Origin: Thermoproteus tenax Kra 1 | GTDB taxonomy: Archaea > Thermoproteota > Thermoprotei > Thermoproteales > Thermoproteaceae | Length of the DNA: 32,000 nt | Assembly (NCBI RefSeq): GCF_000253055.1 | Contig: NC_016070.1 | Coordinates: forward strand, 1,809,543 to 1,841,542 | Direction: 5' to 3' | In this document: positions 26,261 through 32,000 of the stretch, one piece after another | Numbering within the stretch: position 1 is the stretch's first letter | Layout of the letters: each line of letters opens with the position of its first letter | Position numbers and translations under genes: made by a program | Notes under the pieces: generated by a model | What the model was told of the DNA's origin: nothing | What the model saw: the letters and a program-made list of their open reading frames with translations, nothing else | The model's database searches: none

Positions 26261-27503
26261 GTAAGATGGCCGCCGGGACGGAGGAAAAAGCGGGTTGTTT
26301 TATCTTTTCTATCAATTCCCAGTACCTCCTCTTGGCCCACAACAACGGGATGTTGTCGCGCGCATCGCTGAAGCCACAGACGGGACAGCGCATTATACGT
26401 TTCTTCTCCTCCTCCATTTTCGCACCACAGTGGGGGCATACAGTTGAGTATAGTCGCTCTTCAAGGTACGGTAGCCCATACCACTCTGCCAAGTGTTGTA
26501 GGCGCCTCCTCAGCCGGCCGAGACCGTCGTAGAGGTGCTTCTTGTCGCCTTTCTCGCCGCTCTGTTTCCGCTCTAGATACGTCTCGTAGTCCATCACGTC
26601 TACTACAATGGCGGCGTTGTTCTGTCTGGCGAGCTCGATTATCTCCTTTGCGATCCGTGTCACGACGTCGCGGATTTTCCTAAACCGCTTGGACTTGAGA
26701 CGACGGACCCTCTCCTCAAGGAGCATCCTTCTGGCGGGATCCGCCTCCCTCGCGGCCCGTTCCTCGAGGCGGCTTATCTCCTCGTGGAGTCTCCTCAACT
26801 CCCTAATTACACCATCTTCAGGGAGTCTCAACGTCCTTCTCAACTTACCATCCCTTATAATGCCTATCACGGCCCCGTTATCGAGACGGTTCACGTCAAC
26901 AGCGACGAGCGTCCTGGGCTCCACCGGCGTCACCTCTCTGGCGAAGACAAGCGCTACGTAGAGCTTTCCGTAGGTCGGCTCCTTTCCCCTACGTCTTTCT
27001 ATGCCCAAAAACGCCAACTTGAGTCTGGCGCCCTCCTCAAGTCTCTTTTTGATCCAAGTGACGTTGTTGCGCCCCAATCTAACGACGAAGGTCTTTAGTC
27101 TCCGCACCTTGAGGATCTCGCTTCTGAGATCAATAAAGATAGGAGCACCAAAATCTCTTTCGTTTTCCACTCTTAGTTGAGCCTTTAATGGAACCATCTT
27201 GAAGAATACGATATCGTGCCAGAACACCTTGGCTTGGTCTATGAAGTACTTCTTGAGGTTATACTTGGGAAACACCTCCTCGATTATTTTATGCGCCAGC
27301 TCCCGCCTGTCGGGAGTGAGAAGTCTGCCCAGCTCCTCCGGCGTCAGTTTCGGCTCCTCTTGTCCTGTGATTTCTTTGAGCAACCTTCTGACATACTCTT
27401 CTGTGGCCAGATGTATGCGCGTCACTAGATCCAGAACGTCTGGCCGCTCCTCGACGAGACGCCAGGGAATTTCGATCTTCAGCACTCTATAGACCTGGCC
27501 CAT
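26247..27503 (-). CDS. tnpB: TnpB (IS200/IS605-family OrfB, RuvC-like RNA-guided nuclease family)
   Basis: RuvC-I-like VAVDVN. C-terminal zinc finger CPHCG-x14-CPVCG followed by DARDN (RuvC-III-like). The usual RuvC-II Glu position reads IVVDVMDYE. The ATG at 27503 (MGQVYRVLKIEIPW) is preferred; the listed 35-codon extension covers the structured 5' module. Confidence 0.8.
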   Translation of the reverse strand: MGQVYRVLKIEIPWRLVEERPDVLDLVTRIHLATEEYVRRLLKEITGQEEPKLTPEELGRLLTPDRRELAHKIIEEVFPKYNLKKYFIDQAKVFWHDIVFFKMVPLKAQLRVENERDFGAPIFIDLRSEILKVRRLKTFVVRLGRNNVTWIKKRLEEGARLKLAFLGIERRRGKEPTYGKLYVALVFAREVTPVEPRTLVAVDVNRLDNGAVIGIIRDGKLRRTLRLPEDGVIRELRRLHEEISRLEERAAREADPARRMLLEERVRRLKSKRFRKIRDVVTRIAKEIIELARQNNAAIVVDVMDYETYLERKQSGEKGDKKHLYDGLGRLRRRLQHLAEWYGLPYLEERLYSTVCPHCGAKMEEEKKRIMRCPVCGFSDARDNIPLLWAKRRYWELIEKIKQPAFSSVPAAILLLTS

Positions 27504-27565
27504 ATGCGTACAAGGCGTAGGGGAGAAAAAGTAGTTGAAGAGACTCTCTTTCAACTCCAACGACC

Positions 27566-27598
27566 CACCTGACTTACGGCGCCGCTGTAAGTCAGGTG
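27566..27598. repeat. Perfect 12-bp hairpin (subterminal palindrome)
   Basis: CACCTGACTTAC - GGCGCCGCT - GTAAGTCAGGTG. Related copies occur at 31843-31877 and, degenerate, at 31772-31802. Confidence 0.9.
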
Positions 27599-27600
27599 AA

Positions 27601-27629
27601 CGTTTCAATTACTCTGGGATTTCTACTCC
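27601..27629 (-). repeat. CRISPR-repeat-like motif at the element terminus
   Basis: The minus strand reads GGAGTAGAAATCCCAGAGTAATTGAAACG. Its 3' end ATTGAAAC resembles the 8-nt crRNA 5' tag of crenarchaeal type I/III repeats. Related copies lie at 31744-31768 (plus) and 31810-31834 (inverted). Confidence 0.5.
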
Positions 27630-27993
27630 TTCGACTTACCAACCGGCCCACGTCGCCGGCCGCCTCAGCAATGGGCGCAACCTCCTCCAGAAGCGCCTCC
27701 GGCGCGTCTCCTCGATGTATGCTAACACTGAGAGGAGGGAAAGCAGATACACGACCATGAGCTAGAGAGACCAGAACATAAAAAACGAGACGTTTCACAT
27801 CAGTTCAACTTTATAACGCTTCTCGCGAGCCCGACCGTCCGTCGAACAGTCGTTGACGATGAGGACCTCTTTGATCCCGACGGCAGAAGAGCTCGGGCAT
27901 GTTCTCAGCCTCGTTGAGAGTGGGGACTATGATCGACACGTAGCCCCAAGGATGAATGAGAAAAAATGGATGATGAAAAAGATTCTGTTTCAA
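27630..27993 (-). pseudogene. Family-2 glycosyltransferase fragment, frameshifted and truncated
   Basis: VSIIVPTLNEAENMPELF is the GT2 N-terminal motif. After ELF the homologous continuation (AVGIKEVLIVNDCSTDG) is in another frame and stops at KVELM. A third frame carries further GT2-like sequence (GDAPEALLEEV...GDVGRLVSR), which ends where the IS-end motif begins. Confidence 0.65.
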
Positions 27994-27996
27994 AAA

Positions 27997-28377
27997 CTAT
28001 TTGGCCGCGAAGACGAGCAACGAGCTCCCCATCGGCTCGACCACACAGTTCCCCACTAGGTACATCTGCCCGTTCTGCAACGGCACCATGGCCGCGTTCA
28101 TATATCCGTATTCATCATCGCCTCCCGAGGACATGCTACTGTAGCTCGACATAGAGACGCCGCTTCCGCCCGAGAGCTTGACGGCGGAGATGTAGTATTT
28201 GCCATTATTCTGATATATAGGCAGATTCGCACACTGCTGGGCTATTGCCACCTCCCGTGTGCCATATTCCGCTGTGTTCTGCTGCGCTTGTTGCATCATG
28301 GCGCCTGTCGTGTATATAGTGACGATTATGACCATGGCCATTGCTATTATCAGTGCTGCTGTCACCGCCCAGTACAT
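27997..28377 (-). CDS. Small secreted/membrane-anchored hypothetical protein
   Basis: N-terminal TM helix (AVTAALIIAMAMVIIVTIY), then a Q-, S- and G-rich extracellular part. Confidence 0.5.
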   Translation of the reverse strand: MYWAVTAALIIAMAMVIIVTIYTTGAMMQQAQQNTAEYGTREVAIAQQCANLPIYQNNGKYYISAVKLSGGSGVSMSSYSSMSSGGDDEYGYMNAAMVPLQNGQMYLVGNCVVEPMGSSLLVFAAK

Positions 28378-28404
28378 GGGAGAGAGGAATTACGAAGAAA
28401 AAAG

Positions 28405-28839
28405 TTAGAGGTATTGTCTGGTGGCGTACCAGGCCAGAACCGATGACGGTATAGAGAGCGCGAACAAATATCTATTGACGACCGCAAGGAACAACCATAT
28501 GATCAGCGAAACGGCGTAGAGGGCGGCCGAGACCGCCAGCATCCACGACCGCTCCCGCCATGCGAGATAGGCGGTGAAGCCCACGAGCGGGGCGGCGTAT
28601 GCGGCTACAAACAACGCCAATGCGACCGCGGGCACCGAATAGCCCGCCCCTAGGAGCACAAAGAAGAGTACCGCCGTGATTACGGCGATCCGCTCCCTCG
28701 ACTCGAACGCGATTAGGACTATTCCAGCGAACTGAAGACCAAAGGAGACAGTGCCGAGCGCGAGGTTTAGACCATGAACAGGGATCCATCTGACTGCCAA
28801 CAACGCGCTTGCTATTGCGATGAGCAGATAGCCCAACAT
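28405..28839 (-). CDS. Polytopic membrane protein (about 5 TM), hypothetical
   Basis: The internal ATG at 28839 (MLGYLLIAIASALL) is preferred because the listed start at 28947 would overlap the upstream gene by 82 nt. The protein is hydrophobic throughout. Confidence 0.5.
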   Translation of the reverse strand: MLGYLLIAIASALLAVRWIPVHGLNLALGTVSFGLQFAGIVLIAFESRERIAVITAVLFFVLLGAGYSVPAVALALFVAAYAAPLVGFTAYLAWRERSWMLAVSAALYAVSLIIWLFLAVVNRYLFALSIPSSVLAWYATRQYL

Positions 28840-28865
28840 GACAAGAGGTTCGTGGGGACGAAAAG

Positions 28866-29936
28866 CTAGCTGACCTCGATTGTATAGGTGTCCAGGGGAC
28901 ACTCCTCTCTCTCGGAGCTCTCCCTCTCTCCCGGCCTCGGCTCCCATATAATGTTCTTTTCGTAGTAGCCCAATATGACGAAGGTGTAGAGGCCGGGCCT
29001 CTGCGCTTTGAACGGCACGTCGACGTCGATGAGCCAGAAGGCCCCGTTCTTCCCCTCAGGATAGATCGTAAACGTCGCAATCGGCGTGCCCCAATCGTAG
29101 TGGTGTAATTTCACGTAGCTGCTGTTGGGCGCGTAGTAGAATACAACGACATAGTAGGTGGATCCAAAGGTGTCGTTGACGTAGCCCTCGGCGGTGAAGC
29201 GGCTTCCGTTGTAGGTCGGCGGCTTTATCCAGCGGACCCATTTGGACACCATGTAGATCGTCAGAAAGACCTTCGAGCTGTTGTACGCAAGGCCGATGGA
29301 GACGTAGTTGTTGCAGGGGTTCAACAGGGAGATACGGTGCCCCCAATGTGATCCAGAGTCGTTGTAGACCATCGCGTTTATCGCCCAACTGATGAAGCCC
29401 GTGACGTTGATGTGGCATCCGTAACGTTGGAGGAGATAGATGGATCCCCCGCATCCCATCGCGGCAATGTTTTCCCCTACGGCGTACTTTCCGCCGTCAA
29501 GCAATGTGTAGTAGTAGGTGGGCTCTCTGCCCTCTGCGTCGTAGTGGCTGTATATGCCGGTCTTCAACATATACTCGGCGCGGAACTGCGGAGTCTTCAG
29601 AGGCATCCACTGGACGGGCGGGACGCCCTCCCTCTCCCTGACCTCGTTGAGGTAGTCCAGGGCGAACTTCTGTAACGGAGTGAGGGTCACGTTGTAGGTC
29701 TCCTCGGGAGGCACGGGCGGCAGAGTACGGATGTGAATGGACGAAAGAGTGGCGTTGAGGTACGTGAAGAGGCGTTGGAGCGCGCTCTGGACTGCCCCCT
29801 CCAGTTGGGTTGCGTTGACGCGGATCGCGTTAAGCCCCTCCTGGGCGACCTCCCAGGCTGTGTGCAACGCCGGCCTTGCGTAGAGGAGGAGAAGGACGGC
29901 GAGTAAGGCCGTGAGGGCCAACGCGAGCCGTCTCAC
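28866..29936 (-). CDS. Secreted CAP/SCP (PR-1-like) domain protein with extra C-terminal beta-rich domain
   Basis: Signal/anchor MRRLALALTALLAVLLLLY. CAP-like pattern LDYLNEVREREGVPPVQW...YSHY...GENIA...WGHRISLLNP...VSIGLAY. TATA box at 29955-29964, ~24 nt upstream of the GTG start. Confidence 0.6.
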   Translation of the reverse strand: MRRLALALTALLAVLLLLYARPALHTAWEVAQEGLNAIRVNATQLEGAVQSALQRLFTYLNATLSSIHIRTLPPVPPEETYNVTLTPLQKFALDYLNEVREREGVPPVQWMPLKTPQFRAEYMLKTGIYSHYDAEGREPTYYYTLLDGGKYAVGENIAAMGCGGSIYLLQRYGCHINVTGFISWAINAMVYNDSGSHWGHRISLLNPCNNYVSIGLAYNSSKVFLTIYMVSKWVRWIKPPTYNGSRFTAEGYVNDTFGSTYYVVVFYYAPNSSYVKLHHYDWGTPIATFTIYPEGKNGAFWLIDVDVPFKAQRPGLYTFVILGYYEKNIIWEPRPGERESSEREECPLDTYTIEVS

Positions 29937-30105
29937 ATATATAGAAAGGAGGGGATTTAAAAACTGAGAAAAAAGGGGGAGTTTTTACTACCGTTTACCT
30001 AGGAAATACTCTGCCCCTAAAACCGCCGCCACCTCCACCTCCGCTACTGCCACCGCCGCCGTTGGATCCAGTTCCGCCAGATGATGTAGATCCGCCACTT
30101 CCACT

Positions 30106-30603
30106 TCAGCCTGGTCCATATGTACTTTGAGAGGACCAACTAACATATACCACATTGTATCCACTCCATTCTGTTGGAGGCGTTATAGAACATTCCAGAG
30201 TGGGCGGACATGAAACGTATGTCGTTATCGCGCTAATGCTTGACGCCTCTATCGTCACGGAATACGCATTTGGCGGTGGCCATGGAGTGAGCTCGCTCCC
30301 CGTTCCCGAAACGCATTGCGACGCATCCGAACATATTTTCCATGTGACCTCATCGCCGTAGGGAAGTGGATTACCATCGGGGGGATATTGTACGACATAT
30401 ATGGTATACGTGTTATAGGTAATCTGTGACGTCTGTTGTGTACACGTTATTGTGAACGTATAGATATTGCCCACACTCACCTGTTGTGTACTCGGCGATA
30501 TCGTACACGAGTAACCTGACGGCTCGCCCGTTATTTTCGCATAGAGCGTATCTTGGGATCCGCCGATTTGAAGCTGATACTGTCCGGAGCCGGTGCCCGG
30601 CAA
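30106..30603 (-). CDS. Surface-protein segment (repeat b remainder plus Cys-rich C-terminal domain); likely part of a larger interrupted gene
   Basis: The ORF as listed starts at a TTG inside a repeat unit. It is in frame with ORF 30625..31506 and separated from it by a single TAA. Confidence 0.45.
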   Translation of the reverse strand: MPGTGSGQYQLQIGGSQDTLYAKITGEPSGYSCTISPSTQQVSVGNIYTFTITCTQQTSQITYNTYTIYVVQYPPDGNPLPYGDEVTWKICSDASQCVSGTGSELTPWPPPNAYSVTIEASSISAITTYVSCPPTLECSITPPTEWSGYNVVYVSWSSQSTYGPG

Positions 30604-30984
30604 CGTCTGAACACTGGATTGAATTTACCAGCTCACTTGCGAGATCACGCTCTGACTCACAGGATCGTTGTTGGGGACTACGTTGATGGTCACGTAGTAG
30701 TTATTACCGCCGCTTTGTTGTGTGCACGTTATTGTAAACGTATAGCTGTTGCCTGCGGTCACCTGTTGTTGAGTCGGCGATATTTGACACGAGTAGCCGG
30801 ACGGAGGTAGAACTATTGACGCTTTCAGAGTGTCCGTTTGTCCATTAATCTGTATTTGACCAGTATATGGGCCGGTGCCCGTTAATGCTTGAACGCCGGA
30901 TTGAACACTCCAACCTACTTGGCCGGCGACGCTCTGGGTTGTAGGATTATTATTGGGCACTATGTTGATGGTTATGTAGTATTT
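30421..30984 (-). repeat. Tandem 282-nt (94-aa) coding repeat, two units
   Basis: Unit a (30703-30984) encodes KYYITINIVPNN...SGYSCQISPTQQQVTAGNSYTFTITCTQQ. Unit b (30421-30702) encodes NYYVTINVVPNN...SGYSCTISPSTQQVSVGNIYTFTITCTQQ. Unit b contains the TAA. Confidence 0.85.
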
Positions 30985-31506
30985 CTGAGTAGGCGGCGGA
31001 TTGCTGCCATTGTTCGATCCGGTCGAAGAACCTCCGCCGTTGTTGTTCACACCTCCACCATTGTTGTTACTACCGACGTTGCCACCATTATTATTACTTC
31101 CTCCACTACCAGTGTTAGAGCCGCCGCTTGGCGCAAACTGCGCCAAGCTCACCGTGTAGAACTCAACGCGTTCCTCGATTATCTTCTCCACAACGTTCGG
31201 ATCCGTCGCAAAGTTCTTGTCGTTGGGGACGTAGTTGTCTATGATAGTGTAAACCCTCTGGACGTCGGCCGGGACGTAGCAATTGATCACAACGTACTCG
31301 TTGGGTTTCAATAACCTACCGGGATCGAAGTAGTAGTTGGGAGTCGCGTTGAGGCAGTAGACCTGCCCCGATGGGCCTTCGAGGATCACAGACTTGAGCA
31401 CTATCGGTACATCGCCTGTATTCAACACTACTACCTCGTTCTGCCCGCTCACGACGACGTACGCTTGCGCCCACTCCATCGACCATATGAGCTGTCTGTG
31501 CGCCAT
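30625..31506 (-). CDS. Surface-protein segment (pilin-like globular domain, N/G/S linker, repeat a and part of repeat b); likely part of a larger interrupted gene
   Basis: The ORF as listed has no signal peptide of its own. The matching class III signal peptide is encoded in the same frame just upstream, beyond a TAA. Confidence 0.5.
   Translation of the reverse strand: MAHRQLIWSMEWAQAYVVVSGQNEVVVLNTGDVPIVLKSVILEGPSGQVYCLNATPNYYFDPGRLLKPNEYVVINCYVPADVQRVYTIIDNYVPNDKNFATDPNVVEKIIEERVEFYTVSLAQFAPSGGSNTGSGGSNNNGGNVGSNNNGGGVNNNGGGSSTGSNNGSNPPPTQKYYITINIVPNNNPTTQSVAGQVGWSVQSGVQALTGTGPYTGQIQINGQTDTLKASIVLPPSGYSCQISPTQQQVTAGNSYTFTITCTQQSGGNNYYVTINVVPNNDPVSQSVISQVSW
30994..31131 (-). repeat. Low-complexity N/G/S-rich linker
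   Basis: Encodes SGGSNTGSGGSNNNGGNVGSNNNGGGVNNNGGGSSTGSNNGSN. Confidence 0.85.
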
Positions 31507-31743
31507 GATCTGTTACGACCACCATATTGCCCCAGCTAGGAGGGCGCCCGCCAACGCGAGAAGCAACAACGTGGCGATGGTCGACTCCACCGCGACGCTT
31601 ATCCCGCGTACGCGGGGTTTGGGCATGCCATTGCCGACTTACGAAAAGAAATGTGAGCAGCCTCAGTCGTCCCTTCCAGGGAAGGAACGGTCAGTGTTCC
31701 GACATCATGGCGAACAGCGGGCGTGTGGCGGAGAGAAACGAAA

Positions 31744-31895
31744 CGGAAATTTCCTTGGAGAGTTGAAACGTTCACCTGACTTTCAGCGATGCGTAAAAGT
31801 CAGATTAACGATTCAACTCCTTGGGATTTCTACTCTAACGACACACCTGACTTTCGGGCGCCGCCGTAAGTCAGGTGAGGCGTGGGAGTTGAAAG
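31744..31895 (+). repeat. Hairpin-rich 5' module of the second tnpB element
   Basis: In order, the module contains:
- GGAAATTTCCTTGGAGAGTTGAAAC (31744-31768);
- a degenerate hairpin (31775-31782 with 31795-31802);
- an inverted repeat-like copy ATTCAACTCCTTGGGATTTCTACTC (31810-31834);
- a hairpin (31843-31877);
- GGAGTTGAAAG (31885-31895).
It is homologous to 27534-27629 read on the minus strand. Confidence 0.8.
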
Positions 31896-31960
31896 TGTAT
31901 CTCCTTAACCAGCTTTTCTTTTCCCGCGCTATATATGTTTATAAGCTAAGTCTATGGGCA

Positions 31961-32000
31961 TTGAAGATGTTAATCCCGTGGCATCTTGTGGAGGAGCGCC
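31961..32000 (+). CDS. tnpB: Second TnpB paralogue, N-terminal fragment (runs off the window)
   Basis: The frame reads (L)KMLIPWHLVEER, matching VLKIEIPWRLVEER at the start of the first TnpB. Nucleotide homology also extends upstream. The start codon is uncertain (TTG at 31961 or ATG at 31967). Confidence 0.6.
   Translation, partial: MKMLIPWHLVEER

Larger units (their letters stand above)
26084..27629 (-). mobile_element. Non-autonomous IS200/IS605-type element (tnpB only, no tnpA in window)
   Basis: It consists of tnpB, a hairpin-rich 5' end (27534-27629) and a GC-rich 3' end. The 5' boundary is inferred from where homology to a glycosyltransferase stops (about 27630). The 3' boundary abuts the CBS gene stop codon. 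Exact ends are not determinable from one copy. Confidence 0.6.
29995..31626 (-). other. Composite reading frame: pilin-like (class III signal peptide) surface adhesin gene with three in-frame stops
   Basis: The ATG at 31626 encodes MPKPRVRGISVAVESTIATLLLLALAGALLAGAIWWS, then TAA (31513-31515). The same frame continues QIMAHRQ... to TAA (30625-30627), then IQSSVQTLPGTGS... to TGA (30106-30108). It finishes with a 36-codon G/S-rich tail to TAA (29995-29997). There is no frameshift anywhere. Confidence 0.6.
31744..32000 (+). mobile_element. Left part of a second IS200/IS605-type tnpB element, inverted relative to the first
   Basis: A homologous 5' module and tnpB start. The element continues beyond the window. 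Confidence 0.6.

Noticed and set aside
26050-26532. Plus-strand ORFs (160 aa, 65 aa) across the GC-rich block, rich in Arg, Pro and Gly.
   Set aside because: Their composition is what GC-rich structured DNA produces in any frame. They also overlap the well-supported tnpB gene on the other strand.
27504-27608. A 35-codon N-terminal extension of the TnpB ORF (MKRSPDLQRRRKSGG...).
   Set aside because: It runs through the perfect hairpin and palindromes of the IS 5' module. The ATG at 27503 aligns with the start region of the second copy. The apparent peptide similarity upstream is explained by DNA-level conservation of the element end.
27534-27629. A bona fide CRISPR array at the tnpB 5' ends.
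   Set aside because: There are only one to three repeat-like units per locus. The units differ in length and orientation. The spacer-like segments are homologous between the two loci and self-complementary, which is not expected for acquired spacers. No cas genes are in the window.
27994-27999. The 126-aa gene (27997..28377) and the GT2 fragment are in the same frame, separated by a TAG. This could be a fourth readthrough case.
   Set aside because: The two parts are unrelated in function. The GT2 N-terminal motif sits at a normal distance from its own potential start codons. A shared frame has a one-in-three chance of occurring by accident.

Overview
The window looks like a compact chromosomal segment from a hyperthermophilic crenarchaeon, probably Thermoproteales (Pyrobaculum or Thermoproteus type). 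The signs are moderately high GC, many 1-20 nt gene overlaps, and AT-rich TATA boxes about 20-30 nt upstream of start codons, which implies leaderless mRNAs. The taxonomic placement is inference only.

Positions 1-26080 are mostly ordinary housekeeping genes:
- Translation, transcription and RNA processing: aIF5A, L21e, S8e, S4e, SRP19, TFB, Gar1, Rpo4/F, a GPN-loop GTPase, the CCA-adding enzyme and a 2H RNA ligase.
- Metabolism: SerA plus a class-V aminotransferase, a cystathionine gamma-synthase family enzyme, MoaB, and a LOG-like protein.
- A surface glycoprotein with an ABC ATPase, and a ThiF/E1-like gene coupled to a wHTH protein.
- A four-gene MoxR AAA+ / VWA-metallopeptidase operon convergent with a PLD (HKD) protein that carries a membrane insertion.
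- CBS, PhoU-like and wHTH regulators.

Positions 26080-32000 are accessory DNA, and this is where the unusual signals cluster:
- A TnpB (IS200/IS605 OrfB-type) gene on the minus strand, followed by a very GC-rich structured 3' region that is a candidate omega/reRNA.
- The start of a second, inverted TnpB copy at the window edge.
- Homologous hairpin-rich 5' modules on both copies, containing CRISPR-repeat-like motifs that end in ATTGAAAC or GTTGAAAG.
- About 4 kb between the two copies, holding a frameshifted and truncated GT2 pseudogene, membrane and CAP-domain secreted proteins, and a pilin-like surface protein gene.
- That pilin-like gene has a single reading frame interrupted by three in-frame stop codons and no frameshift.

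Two C/D box sRNA candidates were found by eye. All functional calls rest on motifs read from the translations. No database search was run.
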